From contig NW_027117340.1 of NCBI RefSeq assembly GCF_038025025.1, positions 620,001-684,000 on the forward strand: a stretch of DNA of 64,000 nt, read 5' to 3'. Below are positions 1-12,579 of this stretch, in pieces (position 1 is the first letter of the stretch; each line of letters begins with the position of its first letter). A model generated the notes under the pieces. It worked only from the letters and a program-made list of their open reading frames with translations. It searched no databases and was not told where the DNA came from. Both the position numbers and the translations under genes were made by a program. Source of the stretch: Phyllosticta citribraziliensis (taxonomy: Eukaryota).

Positions 1-1095
1 AAACACCATGACGCAATCCAGTCCTTCTTCCTGCTGTCATGAGGATGTATGGCTCGACGCCATCTACGGACGTACCCGCCTCCTCCAAATTCGGACACGA
101 CATCAACAACGCCCTCGGCCCCCGCCCATCCGTTCCTCAGTTCGTCCACATGGCAACCTGAGAATTGCGGGTACCCGCTGCAATGCACGGCCGGGGGGCT
201 CGTGGGGCGTTCGCGGATCATCTTCACCTCCCACCCGCCAGGCCGTCGCTCTCCATGTGAGAAACCTTCAGGGTCGGCCAGAGCAAGCAAAGCAGCCGAG
301 CGAGAGATGACGGCAGCTCTGCTTGTCACGCGTTTCGGTTTGATCATCTGGCCTGGTACGTAGCTACCGATCCAAGCCATCAAACCAGACACTTGGAGAC
401 ATGTTGTTGCTTGGTCGAACATGTACCGGAACCCAGGCTCCGATTCCCACGGCCTCGGCACCCCTTTCGCCATGTCGAATCGCAATGCCGATCCCCACCA
501 CCAGGGAACATGAAGCCAACAGAGATCTCCATGCCTGCCTGCCCCGCTGCCATGTGCATATGGACCCCGTCCCCCCACGTCGCTTATCCTGAACCCCTTT
601 CACCCTAGTCTCACTGCAGACCCCTGAGCTACATCGCGTCCCCAAAACGATAAAAGCGAGAATAAACAGGTAAATACTCATCTACTTCGACAGCTCGGTT
701 GCAGCCGCGATACGAGACGGCAATGTCAAAATGCGTCTCCTGCTCGTACACGGCTGATGAGCACCGCGAGCTTGCGAGCTAACGACTGCTTCGAACGCCG
801 AAGCGAAATTGCAAGGCGCCTTTGCCTTCTCATTTGCCGGAACCAATGACTTATCCTTTCCTCTGTATTCTACTTAGGCTTATGGTGTTGAGGGATGGGC
901 AATCGCTTTCGACTGCGCGTGATCTAGAGGACCACCGTTGACGGGCAAAGATATGGATGAACAACATTTGCTCTGTAGCAGATATACTTTCCTATTTTAC
1001 AACGCCAAAGGCTCCTCCGCTCTGCTAGTTTGCAAAGTACCCAATAAAGCGTCTGCGATGCACGGCAAAACAGAGAAGAACACGCACAGCAATAC

Positions 1096-3189
1096 CTAAC
1101 ACTTCATCTTGATGCCGTGCCGCAGCTCCTCCTCGCGGACCTCAAACATGACCTGGACGCCGACAAACAGCGCGCCGCACGCCGTCGCAAAGAACACCAG
1201 CCCAGAATAGTTGCCAAAGATGGCCTTGACGAGAGCTTGCAGGCCGTCGAGCCCGATAGCGAATCCAACCAAGTTTGCTGCCATCATCATGAGGACGTTG
1301 CCAACGGCGCCGACGCCGCAGAGGACGCGGTAAGCATTCGGCCGCGCGGCCCACCGGCGGCGCGGAAACGCCATGGTGGCCAACACCTCGGGGGCGACGA
1401 AGAGCGTAATGAGCCAGCCCCACATCAGCAGGCGCAGCTGGATGTCGTGCCACAGGGCGACGAACGTAAAGACGGCGAGGAAGTTGACGACGGCGCGCAC
1501 CTTGCCCCACGGGCCGCCGCTGCGGCTGCCGCCAATGGGCACGAAGATGTAGCGTACGATCCACCGGTTGAAACTGCGGTGCCAGCCGCGCCAGAAGGCC
1601 AGCGCCGAGTAGTTGTCGCTCATGCACCGGACCATGTTTTCCGGCGGGTCGATGCCGTCGAGGAGCGCCCAGAGCCGGAAAAAGCGCCACGGAAGCAGCA
1701 ACTTGAGCCAGATGTGGTGCAGGTTGAAGTAGCCGAGCATGCTAAGCTGAAAGGGCGTGTATGCTTCCCAGTCTGGCTGTACGTGGAAGATGGCAACGGC
1801 GTAAATGAAATGGCAAACAATCTCCATGGTCAGGAGCGCGACGATGAAGCGGATCGCGTACAGTGTCGTTCTCTGGCGGGTTATACTGGCCGCGCGATAT
1901 CGCTGTTGCGAAATGTAGTCGTTAAAGGTCAGGATCGGCCCTGTGAGATACAATGGCGAATAAAGGGCATAGGCAATGTAGTTGCGGAAGCTGTAGTCAT
2001 TTGTCTTTGCTGGAATAGACACCCGGTCTCGCTCAGAAAGGTTTGAGGGGTCGAGTTGCTTCTTCTTTTGCGCATAAGCAGGTGTCTTGGACAGTAGGCG
2101 GCGCTTCCTTACCTCTATTGGGCTTCCCCCCCTCATGCTTATACTCCAGTAGTAGTCCAGATTGAAGCTAATCAGGCGAAGCACGGTTATGTTGAATAGA
2201 ACCTCCCAGCGAGACATCAAGCCGCAGTGGCCATCAAGCCAAGCTCCCCAGGTACCCTCGCCGTCATTGCCATGGATGAATGCTGCAACGTCCTTGAAGG
2301 GATAGCCTTGGAACAATTCGTTGGCGAATAGCATTCCGACATTGAAAATCCAGGTTGCTGTAGGTATGTACTGTTTGGGCAACGTTGTTGCAATCTTGTA
2401 ATTCAGATACAAGATTCCAAGGACTTTGAGAGCCGAGAATCCATGGAGCGCGGTGACGAAAACCAACGCAAAGACGAAGTCGAAGGACGCTCTCTGTTCG
2501 AGTCGCGCATCGGCAGCAGCTTCAACGCTCAAGCCCTGGGTCAACTGGAAGCCATTATTCGCAGGTGGTGTTTGGCGGACCTGGGTGTAGGTGTCGGCGC
2601 GGCACAAGTAGTCGTAAAGACGGCGAAGAAGTGGGTGGAGAATGACGACGATGAACAAGTACGGGATATTGTCACGAAAGGAGGAATATTGGGCGTCTGA
2701 GTTATCCTGAATAGAGTCAACTTCTGTCTCCTTCTCTTCTACGAACAACGTACGACTTTGCGACCAGGAATCCAGCCGTTGGAAAGCAGAGGCTCGATCT
2801 TTGGGTAATTTGGGTGCGTCGCTATGGGTCCATCAGTCATGTTGCGACCGCAGAGTAATTGACTTGTATTTCCTACGTTTGGAAACATCATAAACGGATT
2901 TAAACATCATAGGCACCGCCGTGAGGAAGACGAGGTAGTAAAAGTAGAACTCGGGGGTGTTCCATCGCGACGGTTGAGTGTTGGGTGCTCTGGATGTTGC
3001 CCTTTTCGCAGTCCCCTTGGCCTGGTCATTCTGTGTGTCTTGCGGCGACGATGTCGCAGGCTCGGCGGTGCTCGACTCGCTATTTACTTGTTTGGGAGGA
3101 GTGGTCGACGAGATGGTGAAGCGAGTATCCAGCGTATCCAAGGAGTAGAGGCGGCGCAGGCCGGATAGCCATGATATCCACGATGACAT
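1096..3189 (-). CDS. GUP1: Membrane-bound O-acyltransferase (MBOAT), Gup1-like GPI-anchor remodelling / glycerol uptake protein; 4 exons
   Basis: Exon 1 reads MSSWISWL...LYSLDTLDTRF...RWNTPEFYFYY. Exon 2 reads PTHPNYPKIEPLLSNGWIPGRKV, joined to DNSDAQYSSFRDN. MBOAT motifs FWRGWHRSFNRW and FVALWHD are present. GT-AG introns at about 2822-2876, 2707-2753 and 2068-2112. Confidence 0.93.
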
Positions 3190-3545
3190 GACGGGCGACT
3201 TGTACTCAAACCATTGCAGACAGACGAGTCCCCAAGAACGAGCGAAAAGGAGTCGGGAGGAGGCTGGAGAACGAGGCGAATGCGCGGGCGTGTTGTATCG
3301 AATGGGTTGTAAGCTGACCGGGTCTCTCCCTCCGCTGGCCTCCGCGCTCCGCTACCAAGCTCCGCTCCGGGCTCGCGCGTCGCGGCGGCGGTTGTCTTCT
3401 CGACTCAACAGCTCCATTGCGCAACACCAGCTTGCATCTCCACGCTCGACATCGCCGGCCAACTTTTCAAATCTGCTCGACGCGCAACACGCGCCCGGTT
3501 AATTCTTCCGACTGTCCTTCCAAGCGCGTGCTTACCCCATACGCC

Positions 3546-5144
3546 ATGGCGCTGCCCACCTCGCAAGCACCAGCTCAGAACGAGTACGCTGGGGGTAATT
3601 GAAATCATTTCGAACTCAACACAAGCCAGGGCTGACATTGATCCCCCAGACGAGGTCTCTGCCATCATTCTCGACCCCGGCTACTCGACAACCCGCGCTG
3701 GTTTCGCTGGCGAAGACGTACCGAAATCAGTACTTCCATCCTTCTACGGCTTGCGCGACGGCCAAGGCGACCCCGTCTTTGGCGAAAACTCGATTCACAA
3801 CCCATTGTCCCACCTAGACATCAAGAATCCATGGTCGACCGAAGGTGTGGTTGAAGATTGGGACGTCGCGACAAAGTTGTGGGAATATGCAATCACCTCG
3901 CGTTTGACGGGCACAAAGGGAACCAGCCCTTCAAAGAATGGACTGAACAATCCCTCGAATGGCGATGGCGATGTCAACATGGAGGATGTAGAAGAGTCGG
4001 AAAAGCCCCTCGAGGGCTCACCACTGCTCATGTCTGAGCCGGGATGGGTGACGCCAAAGCACAGGGAGAAGTGCATCGAGGTCGCGATGGAGGAATGGGG
4101 AGCTCCAGCGTTTTACGTGCAAAAGACTGGAGTTTTGGCAGCGTAGGTGCGCGGGACGACTGGGATGGAATCTTTGGGGCTGACTTTCGCTACGCAGGTT
4201 TGCATCAGGAAAGCCATCTGCTCTTGTGGTTGATGTTGGCGCTGCAACAACGTCCGTCACTCCCGTTGTCGATGGCCTTGTCATCAAGAAAGGTTGGTCT
4301 CCCTCAATTCGAACCGGACATTTTGCTAAAACACAATGCTTCAGGTGTCATGAAGTCTCCTCTGGCCGGCAACTTTGTATCACAGCAACTGCGTCTCATC
4401 TTCAAGCAGTCCCAGGTGCCCTTGACACCTCACTACGTGGTTGCTTCCAAGACCCCCGTTGAAGCTGGTGCTCCTGCTCAGGCCGTCTACAAGAAGTTCG
4501 ACAAGGAGCCAACGGCATCATTCAGAAGACTGGAAGAGGAGCGCGTCATTACAGAGTTCAAGGAATCAGTCGTGCAATTGTGGACTGGTCCCGGGAAGCT
4601 GAGCAGCAGCGGCAACGAGGACGTCGTCAAGAGCTCCCCCGGGAGACCATTCGAGATGCCTGATGGCTGGAATCAGGTCTTTGGCGCTGAGCGCTTCAAG
4701 GCCGCCGAGGGCTTGTTTGATGCAAAGGCTGCCCTCACAGACTCGGAAAACCCTAGGCCGCGCGAAGACCAGACCATACCACAGCTCATTGTCCAAGCCC
4801 TCAGCCATGTTGATGTAGAGGTTCGCCCGGCGCTTCTGTCCAACATTGTGGTGACTGGTGGCTCATCTCTGCTGTATGGATTCACGGAGCGCTTGAACCA
4901 GGAGCTGGCGGGTATCTACCCTGGCCCAAGGATCAGGATGCAGGCCCCTGGAAATACTGTGGAGCGCAAGTATGCCAGCTGGATTGGCGGGAGTATCCTT
5001 GGAAGTTTGGGCAGTTTCCATCAGGTGAGCATTGTCTCTGGAACCAGATCCGGGATCATAGACTAACAAGACGTACAGTTGTGGGTCAGCAAGAAGGAGT
5101 ACGATGAGCATGGCGCGGCCATTGTGGAGAAAAGATGCAAGTAG
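3546..5144 (+). CDS. ARP4: Nuclear actin-related protein 4 (NuA4/INO80/SWR1 subunit); several introns
   Basis: Spliced N-terminus ...[30 protein letters not shown]. Actin-fold motifs [52 protein letters not shown] and [12 protein letters not shown]...EKRCK*. Confidence 0.92.
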
Positions 5145-5636
5145 GAGTAATGGGGAGCAAAGGCCACGGCGTTCGTTAGGATACCAAAAGGCTGGGCTTG
5201 CTTAGGCATCTGAATTAGACCTGCACAGTGGGTGCTCAAAGAATTGATACATCCTGGTGCTGTAGCTGCATCTAGGGATCATTCGTCTACTGCTGGCTGT
5301 CGTTCAGCCTAACAGTTGCGTCTAGGGTGTGGTCCGCAACCACAGACAGGCCGAAGTTGTTGTCTACCACCACTGCAGCCGAGCGGAGGAGTATCATCTT
5401 TACGAAATCCACTGTGCCTGGGTAAGGTGCATGTAGTGACAGCGTCGAGCAAAGAAATTCATTAGCATTGTGGTGTTTCTGACAGGCGATTGGACGAAGA
5501 ATGTGGGGGACGCGCCCGCACGTGCCGCGCCAAGGCGCCGATGTTTACTTCGCAGCCGTCGTGTTGTTTGTGCCCTGGACAAGCTGCATTGCCAACCCTG
5601 GGCAGGCGCGCAACCATTCTGTCTACGAGCGCGATC

Positions 5637-8600
5637 ATGGCCGACGAAGTTACTCCCGCGCGTCGGTCGCGGCGCGCTGCTCCCCGCCGTCAAACAATCG
5701 TCGAATCCTCCGATGACGAAGACGCAAACACAACCCAACAGGACAGCGAAGAAGAGTACACGCCCGCACCTCCAACGACATCGAGAAGACGGAAAGCTTC
5801 CGAGGTTCCTGTCGCCCCCCGCACCGCGACAAAATCACGAAGAACGCGAGCCAGCCAATCGGTCGAACCATCAGAAATGGGCACACCAAGCAGAGACAGC
5901 GTCTCGGTCGAGCCCGAGGCGGAATCCACAAGGAAGTCATCATCCGCGCGGAGAGGCAGGCGGAATGTTCGCGAGAGTCGCCGGAGTAGGCTCTCGGTTG
6001 CTCCAAGTGTAATTATTTAACCATCGACACAAACCTCGATATTTCTAGTCAGACTAACAGCGCATCATTATCAGGAGCCCGAAGCGACACCACGCCGTGC
6101 GAGCCGCGCAACGCCGCTATCCGACATCACAGGCAGCGTAGACAACACCTCAAATATCAATAATGAGACGGACCTTCAATCAGAAGCGACACCTCGGCCA
6201 AAGAAGCAGCAGTCGATTGAGAACAATTCGGAGAACAGTGAAGCTTTGGCTCGACAAAAGACGCCGGGGACAGTGCGGGAAGCTTCGGAAAAGCCAGATC
6301 CTACGCCTCAACAAGAGCCTGCGCAGGCGGACAACCACGACGGCACGAAGCTTGAGACCTCAGCAAGTCCGCAACCGGACAAGCTTGCCGTACCGCCCGC
6401 TTCACAAGAGCCGGTCGAGTCGCCAGTGGCCACCAGGATTGACCCGCGCGCTGCCATGATGGAGAGGCCCATGGATATTGCAGCTAGGGCAAGAGCAGCT
6501 GCGCAACCCTTGTCCCAGGAGCCACAACCACCAAAGGCAAGAATGGTGATTACATGGCTCGTCTTGACAAACTTCAAGAGTTATGCTGGTAGGCAAGAAG
6601 TGGGGCCATTCCACTCCTCCTTTTCCGCAGTCGTAGGACCCAACGGATCTGGAAAATCGAACGTCATCGACTCTCTGCTATTTGTTTTTGGATTCAGGGC
6701 CAGCAAGATGCGACAAAGCAAAATTTCAGCGTTGATCCACAACTCGGCAGGCCATCCAAACCTTGACCACTGCGAGGTCGAAGTCCAGTTTCAAGAAGTC
6801 AAAGATCTTCCTGGTGGAGGAAGCGAAGCAATCCCCGACACTGGCCTTAGAGTATCTCGCAGGGCCTTCAAGAACAATTCAAGCAAGTACTATGTCAACG
6901 GAAAGGAGTCCAATTTTACCGTCGTCACAGCACTGCTTCGGGATCGCGGAATCGACTTGGACCACAAGCGTTTCTTGATTTTGCAGGGCGAGGTTGAATC
7001 AATCGCCACCATGAAGCCGAAAGCACCCAACGAGCACGAGGACGGCCTTTTGGAGTATTTGGAGGACATCATCGGAACATCCAAATACAAGGCGCCAATC
7101 GAGGAGGCCGCAACTGAGGTCGAACGACTCAACGAAGTTTGCCAGGAAAAACACAATAGGGTGCAGCATGTGGAGAGGGAAAAGGACAGTCTGGAAGACA
7201 AGAAGAACAAAGCCCTGGCCTATGTCCGCGACGAGAACGAGCTCGCTTCCAAGCAATCTGCTCTGTGGCAACTATTCATGAGCGAGACGCAAGACAACAT
7301 CCAAGTCACGCAGGAGGCGGTCGATGAAATTCAAGGATCACTCGACCAGGAATTTGAAAGGCATCAGGGGCGCCAGGAGGAAATCAAAAACATGGAAAAG
7401 CAACACAAGGCCAGTGCCAAGGAGTTCGAAAAGCTCAGCAAGCAAACTCAGGAGCTGCTCAAAGACCTCGCCAAGATTGACAAGGAAAATGTCAAATTCG
7501 AGGAGAAGAAGAAGTTCCTGACGAACAAGCACAAGAAACTTCAAAAGGTCCTTGAGACGAGCAAGTTTGGTGTCTCTGAGGGCGAAACTCACATTCAACA
7601 AGCCAACGACGACATTGAGCGGAATACGACCCAGATCGAAGAGCTACAGGAGAAAATGGAGAGCGAGGACGAACAGCTCAACGAGATTCGCGAAAACCTC
7701 AAGGGAAAGACTCAGCACATCTCGGATGACATTGCCAAGAAGCAAAAGTCACTCGAGCCCTGGAACGACAAGATCAACGAGTACAAATCCAACATCGCAG
7801 TCGCACAGAGTGAGCTGGATATCCTCAGAGAAAAGGACGGTGCTGGTGCGGTTGCGATAGCCGAGACTGAGGCCAAGATCGCTGCCCTCCAAGAATCCAA
7901 GGAGGCCAAACAAGCCGAATTGGAAGAGTGCCAGTCCGAGAAGCGGCGAATCGAAAAAGAGATCAAGAAGGTCCAAAGTGATCTGTCGGCTCTTTTGGAG
8001 CAGGAGCCTACCATCCGTATCAAGCTGTCTTCAGCTCGTCAAAGAGCCGACGAGGCGCGATCCAACCTCTCCGCGAGTCAGTCACAGGGCAAGGTCCTCA
8101 CAGGTTTGATGCGCCTCAAGGAGTCAGGCCGCATCAACGGTTTCCATGGTCGTCTTGGAAACCTGGGAGCAATTGATGGCAAGTACGACGTCGCCATATC
8201 GACTGCTTGCCCGCAGTTGAACAACCTCGTAGTCGACTCGGTTGGCGTGGGTGAGCAGTGCATCGAGTACCTGCGCAAAAACGACCTTGGACGAGCGAAC
8301 TTCATGCTGCTAGACCGCCTGGCTCAACGCGACCTCTCCCCGATCAAGACACCTGAAGACGCCCCCAGGCTATTTGATCTGGTCAAGGCAAAGCACGACA
8401 GATTTAGACCGGCGTTTTACAGCGCTCTGCAAAACACTTTGGTCGCGGATGACCTTGCGCAAGCCAATCGCATTGCGTATGGCGCAAAGAGGTGGCGCGT
8501 CGTCACTCTCGACGGTCAGCTTATTGACAAGTCTGGAACCATGAGTGGTGGTGGCAACAGGGTTTCGAAGGGCGCAATGTCGTCCAAGCTGGCAGCAGAT

Positions 8601-10329
8601 GTCACCAAGGAACAGGTCGCCAAACTCGAGACTGACAGGGACAGCGTTGAGAAGACTCTGCAAGAGCTGCAGCAAGAACAGAGGCAACTCGAGACGACCC
8701 TAAGGAAGCTCAACGACACGATTCCGAAACTCGAAACGAAAGAACAAAAGGCTGTGCTCGAGATGGGAAGCTATGACCGCAACGAAGCCGATTTGCAGCG
8801 ACGGATCAAGGACATCGCGGCCGAGTCACAGCCGTCAAAGACCGACAAGGCGCGTAGGGGAAGCTTGGAGAAGAACATAGCAAACATGGAGAAGGAGGTT
8901 GGCAAACTCCACGAGGAGACTTCCTCTGTGGAAGAAGAGATCAAGGCGCTCCAGGACAAGATTATGGAGATCGGCGGTATCAAATTGCGAACGCAAAAGG
9001 CCAAGGTCGACATGCTCAAGGAGCAGATTGACACGCTGACGGAAGAAATGTCTCGCGCCGAAGTGTCAAAAGCCAAAGCACTGAAGCAAGTGGCAAAGCA
9101 AGAAAAGGCGCATCGGGAGGCCCAAGCAGAGCTCGAGAGTCTCGCGGGAGAGATGGAGAAGGTGGAAGAGGACATGAGGAGTCAGATGAAAGACTCTAGC
9201 GGCGCGCGGCAACAAGCAGAGGAGGCGCAGTATGCCCTTGAAGAGAGGAAAGATGCCCTCGAAGCTCTCAAATCCGAGCTCGACGCCAAAATTGCAGAGC
9301 TGAACGAAACTCGCGGTGTCGAGATTGAGATGAAGAACAAGCTCGAGGAGCACAAGAAGAGTCTCAAGGAGAACCAAATGCGGTTGAAGCATTGGGAAGA
9401 CAAACTCGGCAAGCTCACTCTAACAAACGTCAGCGACCTCGGCGAAGAGCGAGAACCCGAGGCACCACCAAGCTATACAAAAGACGAGTTGCAGGACATG
9501 GACAAGGCTGCGCTCAAGAGAGACATTGCTGCTCTTGAAGAGAAGACACAAAACGTCCAAGTGGAGCTTGGCGTCTTGTCAGAGTACCGTCGCCGTGTCG
9601 AAGAGCACGCCGCCCGCAGTGCCGACCTCTCGCAGGCTGTCAGTGAGCGCGACACGAACAAGAAGCGCTGCGAGGAGCTGCGCAGCCTGCGTCTGGAGGG
9701 CTTCATGGAGGGTCTGACCATCATTGGACAGCGCCTCAAGGAAATGTACCAGATGATTACCATGGGCGGCAACGCTCTGCTCGAACTGGTTGACACCATG
9801 GACCCCTTTTCCGAAGGCATCAACTTCAGCGTCATGCCGCCACGCAAGGGCTGGAAAAACATTTCCAACCTCTCGGGTGGTGAGAAGACGCTCAGCAGTC
9901 TGGCCCTCGTCTTTGCCCTGCACCACTACAAGCCGACGCCGCTCTACGTCATGGACGAGATTGACGCAGCCCTAGACTTCAGAAACGTAAGTTCCTTGCC
10001 CGAGACTCATTGTCACGTTCCTCCAAGACACCATGAACCAGTTCCTGACATGTGCGCGCGCGCTCTGCAGATCTCGATTGTCGCAAACTACATCTCTGAG
10101 CGCACCAAGAATGCCCAGTTCATCGTCATTTCGCTACGTAACAACATGTTTGAGTCGGCGGTGCGGCTGGTCGGTATCTACAAGGTGAACCACATGGTAA
10201 GTTCGACCATCCATCCCCCAAGCGGATCCACCACCAGCGCGCTAACGTTTCCTTCTTTGGCAGACCAAGAGTGTCACAGTGGAAAACAAGGATTATATTG
10301 TCGCGAGAGCGCGACCGCGCGCTGCATAA
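5637..10329 (+). CDS. SMC4: Condensin SMC ATPase subunit Smc4 (Cut3); intron 6009-6074 plus two introns near the 3' end
   Basis: NFKSYAG, Walker A GPNGSGKSN, long coiled coils with a hinge (GRLGNLGAID, RVVTLDG...SGTMSGGG), signature LSGGEKTLSSLAL and Walker B YVMDEIDAALD. The last exon TKSVTVENKDY... ends at TAA 10329. Confidence 0.96.
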
Positions 10330-10742
10330 GAGCGTTTCCTTGCATGTTTTAGTTGGCGGGCGCGGGGGAGTGCTGGTTGGGTACGGGACTTTGGGCAGGA
10401 ATGGGAGGGGCTACGATGATCAAAGGAAAGGCGGCGATCATGATACGGCGTTCAAGGTCTTGGTAGAGAAGGGCAACTTGATTGGCTGGCGACGGTTAGT
10501 TGGCCCATCTGGTACTAGCAGGCAATGCTTTCATTTCTTGAACGATTGATTGAATTCGATTTCTGTCCCAGCCATAGGTACAAAAGACACAAACTCCTCC
10601 GTGTGTGTGGACCGAAAAGGGTATATCTACATCCAAGTGCGCCGTGTGCCGATTACCAAGACCGCTATACTGTACACCTGGCAAAGGGCGCCAAAAACAG
10701 AAAAGGGACAGACAGACGCGCTGCTCGCGCGTGCCTCGTCCC

Positions 10743-11792
10743 TCACTTTTCCGGGCACGGATGCGACTCGGAATGTTCATGGTAATGTTTGCACATGTCT
10801 CTGACCCACGGCTTGCAAGAAGCCAGCTTAGCAGCGTCGTCGCCGCAAAGGGCCTTGCCAGAATTGGTGCAGGACAGGCAAAAGACGTAGCGGCAGTCGA
10901 CGCACATGTTTGCGCTGAGATTGGGCTGCATGACGTCGCGGCAAGCCCAGCAGGCCTTGGTGTCCTTCCAGGCGGCGGGCTTCCAGGCGACGAACTGGTG
11001 ACGGCTCATGGCCTGGAGCTCGGGGCGCTTGACGCGGACGACGAGGTCGCGCAGGAAGAGCGGGTGCCACTCGTCCGGGTGGGTGGCGAGCAGGACGTCG
11101 GTCTTCTTGAAGGCAAACAGGTCGACGACCAGCTTGCGCAGCAGCGCCGTGTCGCGAATGTCGTCGTACAGCGTGCACGTGTCGGACGGCGTGGGCACGC
11201 TGTTGCTCTTCTCGGCCAGCTCGGCCAGCTTGTCGACGGTTGCGTTGCGCAGCTTCTCCACCGACAGCCGGTCTGCCAGCCCGTACAGGTTCAGCAACAG
11301 GTAGAAGGCCACTTTGCCCTGCCGCTGGAACACGTCGTCCAGCGTCCCCGTGTATGCCCAGTGCAGGAAGAGCTCAAACGTCCCCACATCCTCGGCCGGC
11401 AGCGACAGCTCCTGCGATAGTCCTTCGGCGAACGTGTGGTTCAGCGCCGCGCCGAAAAAGGCGGAGTGGTGCGCCAGCACCTCGCGGTGCACGAGGTAGG
11501 GCTGCTCCGTGGGTCCCACGAGGATCGTCGAGATGGTCTGAAATGTTTTGAATTGCGTTCTGTGCCTCATGTAGTGTCAGTTGGCGATGCTACCCAATTT
11601 TGGGGGAAGATGTGTGTGTTGTCATGCAGCGCTGGCATCCACACGCGCTCCCCTTGCTTCCCCGTATCCAAAAATCTCTCCACCACCACCATCATCATCG
11701 ACGTACCGTAGTGAGAATGGCCGAGTGTTTTTGGCGCGTGCTGCTAGAGCAAAGGAGCCGTGGACTCGCGGTTTGACCACTTCGGTCGCCAT
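10743..11792 (-). CDS. BTB/POZ-domain protein with a Cys/His-rich C-terminus; predicted intron 11560-11706
   Basis: Fungal BTB motifs ILVG...YLVHREVL...SAFF...FAEG...LSLP...FELFLHWAYTG...LYGLADRL. An upstream ATG at 11792 (MATEVVKP...) splices in frame via GTACGT...CTGAC...CAG. Confidence 0.85.
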
Positions 11793-12579
11793 GTGGAAAG
11801 CGTCCTCGTCAGGAGAGCAAGCGCGAGTCGTGGTGGGTGGAATGTTGGAGGAGGTTCTGGTTGCTCGTCAATGGGCAGGCGATCCGCAGCTTCTGGAAAA
11901 TTAGCACAAAAGACGTGGAGAAGAGGAGGAAGATTTGCAAAAGAGAATGTTTGGAAAGCCTGGCGGTGGGGATATCTAATTGTGCGTTTGCTTGGTTTTG
12001 CCTGGCATGTTGGCATGCAGCGTCAATCAAGGAGTCAAACGGGCCAGAGGTCGGGAGCTGCAGCTTTCGTCATTTCAAGCAAGGATCATATGATGATTTC
12101 AACGTTCGCGTCTTTGAAGATTGTCTAAGTCGCCGTTTGGCATGGCCGCAAACTATTGCCCGGTGCCGACGCTTTGTTCGTGTGGGCCGTGACGGTTTCC
12201 GAATGCGGAAGTCGCTGGTCCAACGCAGAGCCCTCTGCGGAATTCTTCTTTGATGCATTTGAGAAAACGGATGATTTGGCTATTCCAGAGCCGAGTTCGA
12301 GCGACAAACGAGGTTTCCACGTCCGCATCTCGATCGACGTCGACGAAAGTCTGCGCAAAGGCACGTCAGAAGGCTGTCCAACACGACCCTGAGTAACCGC
12401 CCAAGTCAACGCCTCGATTGCAACCACCAGAAGGAAATTGAAAGCACGAACTGCCCGGCATCCATTGACTAATCATGATACAAGACTGAATTGCGTACGC
12501 CCGCTGCAGGCATACTTTTGCCCAATGAACCCATTTTAGATTCCCGTCCATTCAAGGAAAAAGAAGAGTAGGAGACCCC

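Noticed and set aside
1..900. Short ORFs and scattered splice-like signals at the window start
   Set aside because: No consistent exon chain or recognisable domain could be built. They may belong to a gene starting before the window.
1117..2046. 309-aa plus-strand ORF
   Set aside because: It is an antisense shadow of the GC3-rich GUP1 coding sequence. The same applies to 10605-11420, 12743-13486 and 24173-25225.
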